From Octopus bimaculoides (taxonomy: Eukaryota): 64,000 bases of DNA. Location of the stretch: NCBI RefSeq assembly GCF_001194135.2, contig NC_069002.1:37496108-37560107 (forward strand), written 5' to 3'. This document shows positions 24,641-38,520 of this stretch, piece after piece. How positions within the stretch are numbered: position 1 is the first letter of the stretch; each line of letters begins with the position of its first letter. Below the pieces are notes generated by a model. It had not been told where the DNA came from and ran no database searches. It worked only from the letters and a program-made list of their open reading frames with translations. A program made the translations under genes and the position numbers.

Positions 24641-26549
24641 GGTAGCTGAATGTCACAAGGATTTGCCCTATATTAAAAAAATCATTAGTAATAATAATTG
24701 TAACTAACAGAGGCCAGAAATGTTTAGGGGTTAGTCATTTATAACGACTTGACTAAATCCTGATATTATTCGAACTAAGAACATAAAAAAATTTTGAGAG
24801 AGGAAATGTTATTGGATAAAATAGACTCTAGTTACTCTTGACTGGGATTTGAACTCAGAACGAAGACTACACGGTGCTCTGTCTGATCTAATAGTTCTGC
24901 CAATCCACTCGTTTATGATGGTGGTTTCTTATTTAGGCTCAAGGCTAGCACTTTGGCAGGGATGGGATTAGTTAAATAACCTACATCCTTCAAAAAGATT
25001 TCTTAAATTGATCACAGTACTTGACTGGTACTTTATTTTATTGATCTCAGAACATTAAGAGCCTGGAACAAAGACTGCCAGACGTTGGATGCTTCTGCCA
25101 ATCCACTGCCTTTATAACAATAGTGATTATAATAGTAATAATAATAATAATAATATTAATAATAGTAAATGCAAAGACTATAGAGCTGACCATGGAAATT
25201 GTTGATTTGCCCCAGGTCAGCCTCAATTGTGCAAACTTATGGTCAGAGGCATTCCAGCTGTAACTGTTCCATTATTTGATGATTCCTTCCCTTTTTAAGG
25301 TTGTAGATATGTGATTTGGTTTCTGATTCTCAGTGGTCAACTGATCACAAAGGGCTCTCTTGTTCGAGTGTGGCATTTTTTACTTATCACTTCCAGGTGC
25401 TTGAGATTCATTAGGGCTAAATGGCATTTGACTGACATGACTGACATGAGCGTTGATAAGAATGGCAGACAATTTGCATACTTGAATGTTTGCAGAGCTC
25501 AAAAGTTCAGTCTTGTTATTGATGTTGCAACAGATCCCGTCTCTCTTTCCGCTATAGTTTTTGCCCAAGTGGGGGTGGTTTTGAGGCTTAATACAGTTCA
25601 CCAACATTACACAATATTCATCCCTGCTGTATGTGATTTATATAATCATGTAGGTAGGCCATTGTTTGTGAACTTTTGGTCTCTGATAACAATAATCAGC
25701 ACCATGAGAGGGTGGGACAAGTTGTGGTTGAATAGCCCCAGGACAGACAAAGCAGACATGCTCAAAGGTATTTCATCTTTCTCAGGTATAATGTATTTAG
25801 AACTACATTATCCACTGAGTCAGTCCCTTTTGTAAAGATGCTAGTCTGATATTAAGGAGATTTGGCTGCTATTTGCCAGTCAAGTGAACATGTACAATCA
25901 CATGTTGGTTCATCATCATTGTTGATTATTAACAATCTTGTAATCATCATTTTCATTATCATTCTTGTAACACATTGGCATTTTAATAAAAAAAAGATAT
26001 TTAAAGAAAAAAATTGTTTTTTAAAAATTTTTATGAGTATTTTGTTCAGATAATCAATTATAGCCAGCACAGATTTTTGCTACTTTTATCCAAAGCTACA
26101 TTACCCAATGTCCTGTTTTTGAAGATGTTATGGTATATTTGGGGAATATTTTCTTCATACATCTTAGTGGAAATTAGGGATAAAACACTGGACACATCAT
26201 AAGCCATTCCAGTGTTTTCTTCGTTTTGATATTACTATGAATAATCTCGCTTGTGTTTTTGCATATCCAAACATCAATTGCATCGAATGCAGTTACTAAA
26301 CCTTCCATGTTTTTTTACCAGCTTTGTGAATGGCGAAATATATTATTTCAGCTAGGAAGCCCTGCACAACTGTATTTCACATGACTTTATGGGATTTTGA
26401 TATTAATCATATATGTACGTATGCATGTGTGTATTTGAAAGTAAGTATGTGCCGGGTCTCACAAATTAAGACCAATTTTAAGCAGTTGATGGGTTTAACA
26501 TTTCATTTTTTTGACAAAACCTTGCTTGAAAATCTAATCAGTCATTAAA

Positions 26550-26915
26550 CTGTAGCTATGCTGGGGCACTGCCTTGAACAATTTGTTTTAGTCGAATGAA
26601 TGAACTGACCCTAGTGCAAGTCTGGTACTTATTCTCTCAGTCTCTTTTGCCAAACTGCAGAGTTACAGTAACATAAACACACCAACACCAATTGTCAACC
26701 GGTGGTGAAGAACAGACACATATATACATATATGTGCATTCACACATACATACATATACACGACAAGCTTCTTTCAGTTTCCATCTACCAAATACACTCA
26801 TAATGCTTTGGTTGGCCAGAGATTATAGTAGAAGACACTTGCCCAAGTTGCCACGCAGTGAGACTGAACCCAGAATGAGGTGGTTGGAAAGCAAGTTTCT
26901 TACCACACAGCCACA
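26550..26915 (-). mobile_element. Family A SINE
   Basis: Reverse complement of the family A consensus, with head TGGCTGTGTGGTAAGAAAC at 26915. Confidence 0.85.
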
Positions 26916-26921
26916 TATATA

Positions 26922-27048
26922 CAGGGTGTCCACAAAGGGTGGGTACATGGAGATTAACACATACTTTAAGAAATTATTATATCTTATATTTAATTGTCTA
27001 TGTTATGATTTTATTTACTCCATGTACCCAGACGTTGTGGACACCTTG
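26922..27048. mobile_element. Tc1/mariner-type MITE (127 bp)
   Basis: TIRs CAGGGTGTCCACAA..TGGGTACATGGAG at both ends, with flanking TA at 26920-21 and 27049-50. Confidence 0.85.
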
Positions 27049-27052
27049 TATG

Positions 27053-27089
<37 letters not shown>

Positions 27090-28845
27090 GTGTGTGTAGT
27101 CCTTGATATATACTTTCTAGAAAAAGCTGGGTTGATCATGGATGGAACGGTTTTGATTAAAGATCAGGAATGTCATGAGCTGAAGTAGAATAACACATAA
27201 ATACTGAATAAAAGGACAGCAAAAATGTTGTATAGAACACAATTTTTATCTCAGAATAAATTTAGCAGTTCAAACAGTAGCTTGGTGCTTATCACATAAT
27301 ATAATTTAGCAGATAAAAAATAGCTTGGGATTTATCACATGGACAATCAACAAAGAAAGAAAATAAATACAGAGATGTGGTCCAGTTCTTACCAAAGGAT
27401 TATTTTTTCTTGAAAAGCAATAACAGAGGTCACATATTTTGCAGGTAGGTATAGTTGATTTGACTGACTTTCAATATTTGGCAAGTACTTTATTTTATGG
27501 ACCCTGGAAGAATGAAAAGAAAAAACTGATCTAAACAGAATTTGAACTCAAAATTAAATACCACAGGGCATTTTATGCAGTGCTCTCCCGATTCCGCTAT
27601 CCCCCCCCCCTAATAATAATGGTTTCAAGTTTCAACAACTTTAGGGGAGGGGTTTAGTTGGTTTCATCAACCTCAGCATTTGACTGGTATTTTATTTTAT
27701 CAACACCAAAAAAGGATGAAAAGTAAAGTTTGATCTCGGAAGGGATCTGAACCCAGAACATAAAGAACCAGAAGAAATGCCACACAACATTTTGTTTGAC
27801 GTGTTAATAATTGTGTCAGTTTGTTGCCTTAATAATAATAATATTTCTTCCTGATTTTGATACAAGGCCAGTAAAATTTTGAGGTGGGGGGGGGAGTCAC
27901 TTACATTGANNNNNNNNNNNNNNNNNNNNNNNNNNNNNNNNNNNNNNNNNNNNNNNNNNNNNNNNNNNNNNNNNNNNNNNNNNNNNNNNNNNNNNNNNNN
28001 NNNNNNNNNNNNNNNNNNNNNNNNNNNNNNNNNNNNNNNNNNNNNNNNNNNNNNNNNNNNNNNNNNNNNNNNNNNNNNNNNNNNNNNNNNNNNNNNNNNN
28101 NNNNNNNNNNNNNNNNNNNNNNNNNNNNNNNNNNNNNNNNNNNNNNNNNNNNNNNNNNNNNNNNNNNNNNNNNNNNNNNNNNNNNNNNNNNNNNNNNNNN
28201 NNNNNNNNNNNNNNNNNNNNNNNNNNNNNNNNNNNNNNNNNNNNNNNNNNNNNNNNNNNNNNNNNNNNNNNNNNNNNNNNNNNNNNNNNNNNNNNNNNNN
28301 NNNNNNNNNNNNNNNNNNNNNNNNNNNNNNNNNNNNNNNNNNNNNNNNNNNNNNNNNNNNNNNNNNNNNNNNNNNNNNNNNNNNNNNNNNNNNNNNNNNN
28401 NNNNNNNNNNNNNNNNNNNNNNNNNNNNNNNNNNNNNNNNNNNNNNNNNNNNNNNNNNNNNNNNNNNNNNNNNNNNNNNNNNNNNNNNNNNNNNNNNNNN
28501 NNNNNNNNNNNNNNNNNNNNNNNNNNNNNNNNNNNNNNNNNNNNNNNNNNNNNNNNNNNNNNNNNNNNNNNNNNNNNNNNNNNNNNNNNNNNNNNNNNNN
28601 NNNNNNNNNNNNNNNNNNNTGTGTGTGTATATATATATATATATATAAGAAAGTGATGTCAGTCAAATGAAGATGAAATAATAGTGAAAATATGTAACAA
28701 AATTATTAAATGAAAAAAAAAACATTTTATCAGGTTTCAATAAAATAGACAGGAATGTAAAATGAAATATTTCTTTAAATTCCAACATTTTGAAAAACAA
28801 ATGTAAATAATCCCAAGATTTTTTTGTCTTTTTAACAAGAATATT

Positions 28846-29058
28846 CTTTTCTACTTTAGGCACAAGGCCCGAAATTTTTTGGAAGGGGGCCCAGTCGATT
28901 AGATCAACCCCAGTACGCAACTGGTACTTAATTTATTGACCCTGAAAGGATGAAAGGCAAAGTCGACCTTCGTGGAATCTGAACTCAGAATGTAAAGACA
29001 AACAAAATACCACGAAACATTTCACCTGGCATGCTAACATTTTTGCCAGCTCACCGCC
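28846..29058 (-). mobile_element. Family B SINE with 17-bp TSD
   Basis: Head AAGGCGGTGAGCTGGCA on -; TSD TTTTTAACAAGAATATT at 28829-28845 and 29059-29075. Confidence 0.9.
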
Positions 29059-30929
29059 TTTTTAACAAGAATATTGAGAATGGGATCTTATGATTTCATG
29101 CATTTACCGAGCATTGTTAGCAGTCTTAGAGAAAAAGATCCACTTCGATAAGGATATTGAAAGCTCGATAAAGAGAAATTTATGCCACACTGTGGTGCCA
29201 TCTACACTATGAAGAGTGTGAGAAGGGGAGAGTAATACGTGCTATCATTTTTACCCTTTCCATGCAATTTTGACAATGATTTACATTGTCTTTAATACTG
29301 TAATTCTGGTTGCTTTCATGGATATTTTTTAACTCTATGTCAGTCCTCATTAAGTCAGATCTATGACCAAAAACATTCCAGCCATGGCTATCTTGCAATT
29401 TTTGAACATACAGGGGATCTGAGACTATATTATCCAGTGTGTCCTTTTTAAAGATTGTAGGGTGTGATTTAAGAGATGCTATTTCTTGCAGCCTTTTACC
29501 CTACATACAGGGGAATAAAGATGACATTATCCAACAGCTCTTTTCCAAGACTGCATAGAAAAGATGATTTGAAGAAGATCTGGCTGCTATTTCAAGCATT
29601 CTCCTCAACCACACAGATAATGATAGTGATAATAGGATGATAATGATGTGAATGTAGTTCTGTGAATTGGTGTATAGTTAAACCAACTCACATCTAAATT
29701 TAATTTCTGATATAGACAAACACACACACAAAAAACTTCTTAGGAGGAAGGAGGAGGAAGTGGCTGATATAATCTATTCCAACCAGTGAAGCCATGCAAA
29801 CTAAACATGTTTTATTTGGAACTCTACAGATTCTAACATCCACTGCTTTCAATAAAATAACAATGATTAATAATATAAGCACAAGAATATACATTGGAGT
29901 AGAGAAGTAGAGTAATCGATTTAATTTGATGATGATGGTGGGGACAATTTATTTTTTACTCAGTAGATCATTAACACCATAATCATCAGGCCTCAGATAA
30001 AAATCTCTGTGAGGAAATATGATCGTATGTCTTTCTCAAAACCTTATATATATATATATATAGTTTACTGTTCCTTTATTAGTAAGATCAGCAAAAATGT
30101 ACTCCATCTAGTGAGAGATAAATATCATTGAATATACACAGTATTTATATATTAGCTACTAAAAATTTCATGTTGTGGAGACAATAATTTGGCAGATTTA
30201 TATATCATGCTTTATGTCTGCAAGCAATCCTTACAGTTTCAATACACATGGCAGGTCTTAACTGAAAAATTGAGAAAGGATGCTAGTCTATGAGAAAACA
30301 CAAGAAAAGGTGAGACGAAGATGAATGAAAAAAGTGGAATGAGAAAAGGCAGAACAAGAAATCGAAAGATAAATAAAAAAAAAAGTAAAAAAACCAGGAG
30401 CTGCATCTCCTCTGCCCTCTGTCCACCAAAATCATTTGTATTGCTGGTGTAGACAAATTCAAATGAGTGGAGGCCAAAGTCTGTGAGACAGTTTTTATTA
30501 ATCTGGAGAGAGTATTTAGCATCCACCAGTTCAGCAAAAGAAATTTGTCCATATGCTTGCCTTTGCTAAAAATTTTGGATCTAGAATTAAGTAGTGTAGT
30601 AGAATTCTTGAATCTAAAAAGAATGGAATCTTTCAGCTACACATTGCTTTGATACATTTACATATAGCAAGGATTTCTTCAGGATGCTCCTCTTGATTAT
30701 ACAATCAATGTGCAGTTTGTTTTCAGATCCCATATATGGCTAAAATTGTCTTTACATATACCAACAATTTATCAAGTATACCCGATTGAGTGGGAAAGCC
30801 TCAGGATCTCAGCAGTTATAATTAGGGGTAGGCCCTTGCATGGCTTGCAAGTGACACTGTCCTTCATATTGGGTCAGCAGCTGTAAGAAGGACATTTTTA
30901 CCAAACGTCTATTAAATATATATATAAGT

Positions 30930-31402
30930 GCAGGCATGGCTGTGTGGTAAGAAGCTTGCTTCACAACTACATGGTTCCAGGTTCAGACTCACTGCATGGC
31001 ACTTTGGGCAAGTGTCTTCTACTATAGCCTTTGGCCAGCCAAAGTCTTGCAAGTGGATTTCGGATCTCTTTCGGTACCAAAAACACTACATAAAACATAA
31101 AGGAAAACTGGTGCCCCCGTTTTGAAATAGATCCTGGATGATTTCATTGATGGAAACTGAAAGAAGCTCGTTATATATATAAATATATAGACATATATGT
31201 ATGCATGTGTTTGTGTCCCCCCCAACCAGTTGGCAACTGGTGTTGATGTGTTTACGTCCCCGTAACTTAGTTGTTTGGCAAAAGACTGATAATATAAGTA
31301 CTTGGCTTAAAAAAACAATACGTACTGGGGTTGATTTATACAAAAAAAAAAATTCTTTAAAGCGAAACCCCAGTATGGCCGCAGTCAAATGACTAAAACA
31401 AG
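30930..31402 (+). mobile_element. Family A SINE
   Basis: A-box TGGCTGTGTGGTAAG, B-box GGTTCAGACTC, CORE-like segment, internal (AT)n, and tail GCAGTCAAATGACT. Confidence 0.88.
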
Positions 31403-31404
31403 AT

Positions 31405-31434
31405 TGTTTATATATATATATATATATATATATG

Positions 31435-31502
<68 letters not shown>
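31405..31502. repeat. Compound (AT)n(GATA)n(GA)n microsatellite
   Basis: Seen directly. Confidence 0.95.
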
Positions 31503-31503
<1 letters not shown>

Positions 31504-32962
31504 CAACCTGTGACATGTATTCTCTGATATGAACAGACAACCTGTAACACGCACGCACACACATTCGTGATGACACTGTCATTGTGATAGCAGCAATCAA
31601 ATCTGTTTTCTAAAAATAGGACACATTACTTAATGTAGAGCGAAATACGTCTGAAAGAAGGATATACGTCTGAAAGAAGGAATAAAGGATAAGCTGGTAT
31701 TGGCTGCAATGAGTTTGATCGTCTGTTAGAGGATCAGAATTGTCCCAGAGGTAGATTAAACAACAAAAACAAGACATGCATCGATTGAAGAAAAGAAATT
31801 TAAAGGAAGATAACTAAAACCGGGAAAGATGTCAAAATCGATTAAGACAATATATCTACAAGGATCAAATAAATAAATGGAGACAACAATTCTGATAATG
31901 TTTGTTTGGTGGAAAATGAAAGGTGTGAAAGTGGTATTGATGCCTTAAAAAAGTGAAAGGATTCAAACTGAGATCGAAACCGACACCCAATTCTTCAGCT
32001 GGTAACATTGGTGTCTTAAAGCATAAAGTCTTTTAAGTTAAAAACAGTTGTTATATATTTTGATTTACAGTAAGAGAATCTGAAAACTGTGTCAGAAGCA
32101 TGTGACCTTGCAGCTAAACACTGACTAAAGTGCAAGAGGTAGCTAAAACACAAACTGGATCCGTGAAATATATATCGAGTTCGATCTTCCATCCAAGGCT
32201 TGACAACAAAAGACGTAGAAAGAAGCAGACAAAAAGCTAACATATTCCCGTAAGGCATTGAAGATGCGAATGGAATTATGAGAGAAGTAGAAGAATATTT
32301 ATTCCCCACCCAACTAAACAACCTTCACACATTTTTCTACCGTTGGAGACAGAAAAATGTGTCACCCGATAAAAATTATAGATGAGGGGTTTTTTTTATA
32401 TGTCAATTCGAACATAACCGTTTGTTGACAAAATTGTTTCAAATACGCGTATTAAAAACACAAAATACCTATGCGAAGATAAGATTAATTTGTTGTTTCA
32501 TTCATGACAGGTGTAGGAAATAGGGGTATTGTGCCGCCGTTCAAGCATCCCCCCCCCAAACCATCATAAAAGTTAAATGGTTTTAATCAACTGAATTAAT
32601 CGCCAGCTCAACTAGCATCACCCGTTTTGTTCGTCAGTTTTAAACCACAATAAATGTGTTTATGAAAAGAGCAACAGAAACAAGGTAAGAAGAAAGGAAA
32701 ACAAACTATAAACATAAATCTATAATAAAATAAATAACCAGATCTTTGTAATGTTTTGCTTTCCAGCTGGAATTTTCGATAATTATTTTTAATGTTCAAT
32801 TTTTTTCGGCTTCTTTGAACCAAAAAGGCAATTTTCAAACTTCCTAAAACAAAAGGAAAGTGTGAAATTTTCCCCTTTGTCAGTCTTTTCCAGGGAGATT
32901 TTTTCTATTTTTACTCTTCTTGTTTCTTACTGTTTTTCTCCATATCCCCTTCCAACTCCAGA

Positions 32963-34198
32963 TCAACTGGAAGAATAAGGAGACGAAGCTGTATGTCTTT
33001 GTCGAAGTTCAAAATCACCTTCGTTCGAGGAACGAGCATTTTTCTGAGGGTCTGAATTGCCGAAGCAAGAAGTATTTTCATCTGCCAAGTCGTTTGAAGA
33101 GTTGGAATGGATGGTGGTGGTGCATTCGTCGGCGGAGCCAGTTGTAGACGATGACGATACATTATGGAGAGACAAAGTTGTTACAGTGGAACCAATAGAC
33201 TCAGCAGATGGAGGAAGTTCACGATGGACAGTCTCAGACAAATCTCTGCTAACTGTCGACAATTCAACAGAACTGACTTGAAATGCTCGCTGAGACGTAT
33301 CGATGTTCGGAACCGACGTATGAGGATTCGGTGTGGGGCGGCCCTCGAGGAGAAGCCGAGCGTGCATGTGTCGTCGGCGCTCTTCAAGCAACATCCTGTG
33401 GCTACTCGGTTGCAATATGTAACCACTGTTGAAGTAATTATACCAGGCGAAGAGTGCGCACAATATTAGGAGAGTCAATATGATTCCTGTGCCGGCCACG
33501 GCACAACTTACAGGCCAGTTGAACATGAGATAACGCAAACCCGTGAAATGGGCGTATATCTTCACAACAGCCGAATACAGTTGGACGTGTCGATGTAATA
33601 TTAAGAAATCTACTCCCACTGCGCGGTTGTACGGGTCTTCTGTATACTTGGAGAACAGTTCAACGTGTAAAATTTGCTTTTCTTCGTTGGCCCCGGTGAT
33701 GAGGAACGGCAGATAGAAGAGAGTCGACATGGTGTGCAATAAACTCGACCTATACCGTAACATAGTTGTCTTCGCTGCCGATTGTATATAGTGATTGGAC
33801 TGGTTGTAGAAATGGGCTTTCACCAAAAACATACCAGTCTTCTGGTTGACTGTGGATTCGGGGATTTCGAGAACCAACATAATTTTGTAGGCCTGACCGG
33901 AGGAGAGCACGTAACGATTGCTTTCGTCCGTAAGATCGACACGGGCCTTGGGAAACGAACACACGCCGACGCCGTTGTCGCACACATCAAACACAAAGTT
34001 ACAGGGACGTTCGTGCGACACACTCGGCATGTAGACGTAATAGAAGCTGCCATAGACGAACAGGGCTACCCATAGAAGAGCTATGAAGATGGTGATGGAA
34101 ATTAGAATCTTGGAAATGGTGTACTTCAGTTGCAGGTATATCCATCGCACAGTGTCTTGCATCCAATTAACGAGGATCCGGCTCCATTCCACAATCAT
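32963..34198 (-). CDS. BSCL2: Seipin (BSCL2 homolog), single-exon CDS, 411 aa
   Basis: Uninterrupted ORF; the first ATG is at 34198 (the track start at 34216 is TTG). Two TM segments (ISKILISITIFIALLWVALFVYGSFYYVYMP; WPVSCAVAGTGIILTLLILCALFAWY) flank a lumenal domain with LEIPESTVNQKTGMFLV and GLRYLMFNWP. The C-tail is Ser-rich. Confidence 0.93.
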   Translation of the reverse strand: MIVEWSRILVNWMQDTVRWIYLQLKYTISKILISITIFIALLWVALFVYGSFYYVYMPSVSHERPCNFVFDVCDNGVGVCSFPKARVDLTDESNRYVLSSGQAYKIMLVLEIPESTVNQKTGMFLVKAHFYNQSNHYIQSAAKTTMLRYRSSLLHTMSTLFYLPFLITGANEEKQILHVELFSKYTEDPYNRAVGVDFLILHRHVQLYSAVVKIYAHFTGLRYLMFNWPVSCAVAGTGIILTLLILCALFAWYNYFNSGYILQPSSHRMLLEERRRHMHARLLLEGRPTPNPHTSVPNIDTSQRAFQVSSVELSTVSRDLSETVHRELPPSAESIGSTVTTLSLHNVSSSSTTGSADECTTTIHSNSSNDLADENTSCFGNSDPQKNARSSNEGDFELRQRHTASSPYSSS

Positions 34199-37100
34199 CG
34201 TTGATTCGGGATGCAAAGTAAAGAAATAAATAAATATATTATTACTATTATTATTATTATTAGTTGTAGTAGTTTCGTTATTGCTGCTTTTTAATGAAGA
34301 GACTGGTGACGATAGATGAATGAGTAAAACGATCGAATATCAAAGAAAATTGTTATAGAAGCACACACCAAGATGTGATAGAGTTCATGTACAGTTTTTT
34401 AAAGTCACACAAATATTTAAAATGACAATAATATATTCAGATATCAATTTATCTCAATTTATATCAATTAATAGCAATTAATATCAACAAAATGAAAGTA
34501 GCGAAAGCGAAGACACATGTGAGATAGAAACGTCAAAATTTTTTCCTGGTCTCTCGGAACAAAATACGGATTATAAGTATTATTAAGGGTAAAAAGAAAC
34601 CTTCCAAAATGTGTTGTTCCTGTTTTCCTTGTTTGTTTTCCTGTCCAGAGGTGAAAAGAACCAAAAAAAACCCCGTTGTTGTTGCGAGCAGAATCTTCGT
34701 CCGACGATTAATTGCAACCGAACAACAGGACTTCTGGTGGCGACTGTCAATAACATCGGTCGACTAAAGGGCACATAATTCAAAGAAACCGAAGGTCGCT
34801 CAAATTGCTAGAAATAGCAACCAGATTTCCCGGTAATTAATGGAAACTGTCTTCGAAGTGAGTAATTTAAATAAATATTTTCATAAAGTTAATTTCAATG
34901 AATTTAGGGAGCTATTCAATTTGACGGACAGATTTTTTTTTTATAACTAAACACTTTGAAACTTCGGATACTGGTAGAATGTGTCGCATAGAACAGGGTT
35001 TACTCTTAACGTTTTTGACAAAATTTTGTATTTTAGAAGTTATTTTGTGTTAAAGTTGTCGTATTTGGGTAATTTTAACCAATCAATGACGTATTCAGCT
35101 GAAGAAAATTACTGCTGCTGTTTGCGAATAACTTCCGGGTCCATTGTCAAAACGATGAGTCTTGTCAAAAGAAAAATTCAAACTGAAAATCTCCCCTAAC
35201 AAAACTCTTCTTTAATAACCAGAGATGTTTTTATAGCAACACATATGAGAATGTGTCTATCTATCTATCTACCTACCTACCCATCTCTCTCTCTTTCTGT
35301 ATATATATATACATACATACACACACATTGATAACAGGCAGAAGTTGCAGTGACAATGGCCAAATTCGTGTTTGATAAATGCCAATACACGAAACTCTCA
35401 GCTTTTGACTTACTCTCCAAATTATACCAATGATATATATACATACATGTGTGTAAAAAAATCTCATCACGCAATCGAACCAATGAAAGAGCCTCTACCT
35501 GGTCGCTCGACCCGCTAAAAATAGCAGCCAAAGTATTCCCTACCTAAATTACACGCCCAATGTACATAAATGTCCTAGATTATTCCTAAAAAGACGGTTT
35601 GCTGAAGGCTGGAATGTCTTTGATGATAGGTTTGCTGTATCAGGGTTGATTTGAGGCTAAATAATAACAAAATTATGGTAAATTTCAATATTAATGCCTG
35701 CACGATTTTCACTAAGTAAAAAAAAAATAAAATAAAATAAAAACTTAGATTTTTTGCGTGGAATCAAGTACACTGACCTCCTAATATGCTGCAAATCCCT
35801 TATTTTGGTTCNNNNNNNNNNNNNNNNNNNNNNNNNNNNNNNNNNNNNNNNNNNNNNNNNNNNNNNNNNNNNTCTGAATGAATTCCTGTGACCTAATATG
35901 CTACAAAACCCTTTTGGGGGTCCAAAAACGGGGTGGGGTGAGGTGGAAGCCTCTGAAATTTCACCCCCACAGTAGGGGTGTTTCAAAATTTGACTTGTGC
36001 ATTTTAATTTCCATTATGTCCTTTATATTATATCAAAATTGCATGCATTTATTTGTAAAGTTAAGGACATTATTGATAATTGAAACACATCAATGACTTT
36101 TTGGACACCCTGTATCTATGTATGTATATATATATATATATATATATACAAATAACAGTTTAGCTAGGTGTGAAATACACCTAAAGGATATTTAATATCC
36201 GAAGAATTTACTGGTTTATATTACCTATATCAATAACAATGTTACTTCTATAGGTAAATAAAATAAACATGCAGTTTATTAATATATAAATATAAATCAG
36301 AAATGGAAAAAAACAAAACAATAAATTGAACAATTATAAATTTAATTCGATTAAAATATTTTATACAAACAAATGACACATCTCATAAATTACAGCTGTT
36401 TCTTCTTTATTAATACAACAAAGTTTTTCAAGAATAATCAGATCCTTTTAATTATATAATGATGCTTCATCAGATTAACATACCTTCTTAACTACTTGAC
36501 AAAAAAAAAATCAAATGAAAATATTTATAATTTCTAAATCTTTACAAGCTTAATCATAAATAAGTAAATAATCTAACTGAAATTTTGTAAATTCATAACT
36601 TTAAATCTATTGTTCTATATACACACTTAGAGGAAAAAGGTGTAGCAAAAGATGTTGAGGTAGCAGACGAAATAGGCATGTAGATGACTTCAAAGCAAAA
36701 CAATGGAAAAACATCGGGTTGTAGTTTAAATAATTTATTTAAACGACACATTTACTTGTTGTATACACCAAATATTTCATTATATCACATCATTACCAAC
36801 TGCTTCGACCTGGCGAAGAATTTAACAGGGTACATACTATGTTGATATGATAGGGTTAAACCGGACATATTTTGTGTCTGTGTGTGCGTTGGTCATTCAG
36901 TGATGTCTGTTTAGGTTCTGCGATAGCAACTGTCGTTCATGTTGAATATCTGCTTCTTTGTTGTCGGTTTCACTGGTGCTCTCCATCTGTCTCTGACTGT
37001 GACTGTCTGTCCCTTGACGGATTGCCATATTTATAACGGTTGTGACAGCTAGGACAGACATACCACAGGAGAAATTTCTACCTATGTAAGTCACCTCCTG

Positions 37101-38229
37101 TCCACTTAAACCTTAAATGACACAGCTGAGGTTGAAGGTAAACAATCCTGTTTGGTCAGTTGTGGATCAGACAAGCAAAATCCTTAGATTCGGTTTCGAA
37201 TCTCAGCTTAGAAAAAGGAAGTGTTAGTTTTTACACACATATTTATGTACACTTATATATACCCACACACATACGTATACACAGATGCATATACACATAC
37301 ACAAGTTTAGCTATTCATCTATCTATCTATCTATCTATCTATCTATATATATATATATATANNNNNNNNNNAAAATCAAAATAAGCAACAAGTATATCCA
37401 GAGGTAATGCAGTACGATTGTTTCATGCAACTCCATTTAATTGAGCAATTACATCAAATATAAAATGTAGAGCAATCTTCAGCTGCACAAAGATATAGAA
37501 ATTTAATGAAATTACATTTGAACAGAAGGACATATTTTTATAATTAAATCTAAACTCTTCAAGTAGAAAGGAGGAATACAAAAAAAAACCATTTGACTTA
37601 GCCAGACCATACAGGCTACTAAACAATTCGAAACAGATTTTAACTGTCACTGGTTTTATTTGTTTTTTTGGACTATCTTATCAGACCTAGAGATTCAAAG
37701 TTTAAGAGGACAATGGCATTTTCTTTTTAGAGTCAGGGGTAAACAGTATAGACAATAAACATGGATGATATAACATTTCTTAGGGTTTGGTGATAAACTA
37801 CTATAGGTGGGTGGGTGGGTGGTCTCTACTAGCAGACCAGTTTATAATGAAACAAGGGAAGTCTTATCATATAGCAGCTAGGTCAAAACGTATATAAAAA
37901 TAGAGTTGCTATATTGTGTACAGATACAATAAATGGTTATTCATAGTTTTCATTAATCAAAATAATGTATCAGTATTGTTTTACATATGCTAAGTTTGAA
38001 ATACTTGAGATACCAATATTGGCTTAATTAATATGTGAATAAATAAAGGCTAATTATAAATTAATAATGAAATAGTGTATAATAATGTAAATAATCAATT
38101 AAGGCAGTATACAAAAACAATGAAGTGGCATTAATTTAAAATGCTATGGTAAAGTACATTTAGACTTATTTACATCAATATAAAAGACCCATAGATAAGA
38201 TGTGAAATTAAAATTTATATACATATTGG

Positions 38230-38520
38230 AATAAAATTTTAATTTGAAATTTTGAATGCTAGTAGAATTTCTCACATAGAACACGGTTTAGTCTGAATGT
38301 TTTTAGAGATGACCCAGAAGTTATTCCTCTTTGATTACTATTGCAAACAGCAGTAGCTTTCTTCAACCGAATACACGTCATTGATTGGTTGAAATTACCC
38401 ATATATGACAACTATAACACGAAATAACTTCTAAAATGCGAAATTTTGTCGAAAAACGTACAGAGCAAACCGTGTTCTACGTGAGAAATTCTACCAGTAT
38501 TTGAAGTTTCAATCTGTTTA
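38230..38520. mobile_element. MITE with inverted arms
   Basis: TAGTAGAATTTCTCACATAGAACACGGTTT (~38260-38290) inverts to AAACCGTGTTCTACGTGAGAAATTCTACCAGTA (~38468-38500). Confidence 0.7.

Noticed and set aside
27692-28670. Long ORFs spanning N runs (also 2837-3338, 9606-10100, 55944-56463)
   Set aside because: These are artefacts of assembly gaps and (AT)n/(GT)n tracts (YIYI/CVCV peptides).
34199-34216. Seipin start at 34216 given by the ORF track
   Set aside because: The codon is TTG; the first ATG is at 34198.
34217-36191. Possible AT-AC U12 intron in the seipin 5'UTR (ATATCCTTT on - at 36191; TTTCTTTAC near 34219)
   Set aside because: There is no CCTTAAC-like branch site before the AC, the donor lies in repeat-like DNA, and a chance match is plausible.
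36385-36480. Hammerhead ribozyme-like CTGATGA...GAAAC on - strand
   Set aside because: The boxes are ~70 nt apart with no convincing stem II. At most it is a decayed Penelope-associated motif.
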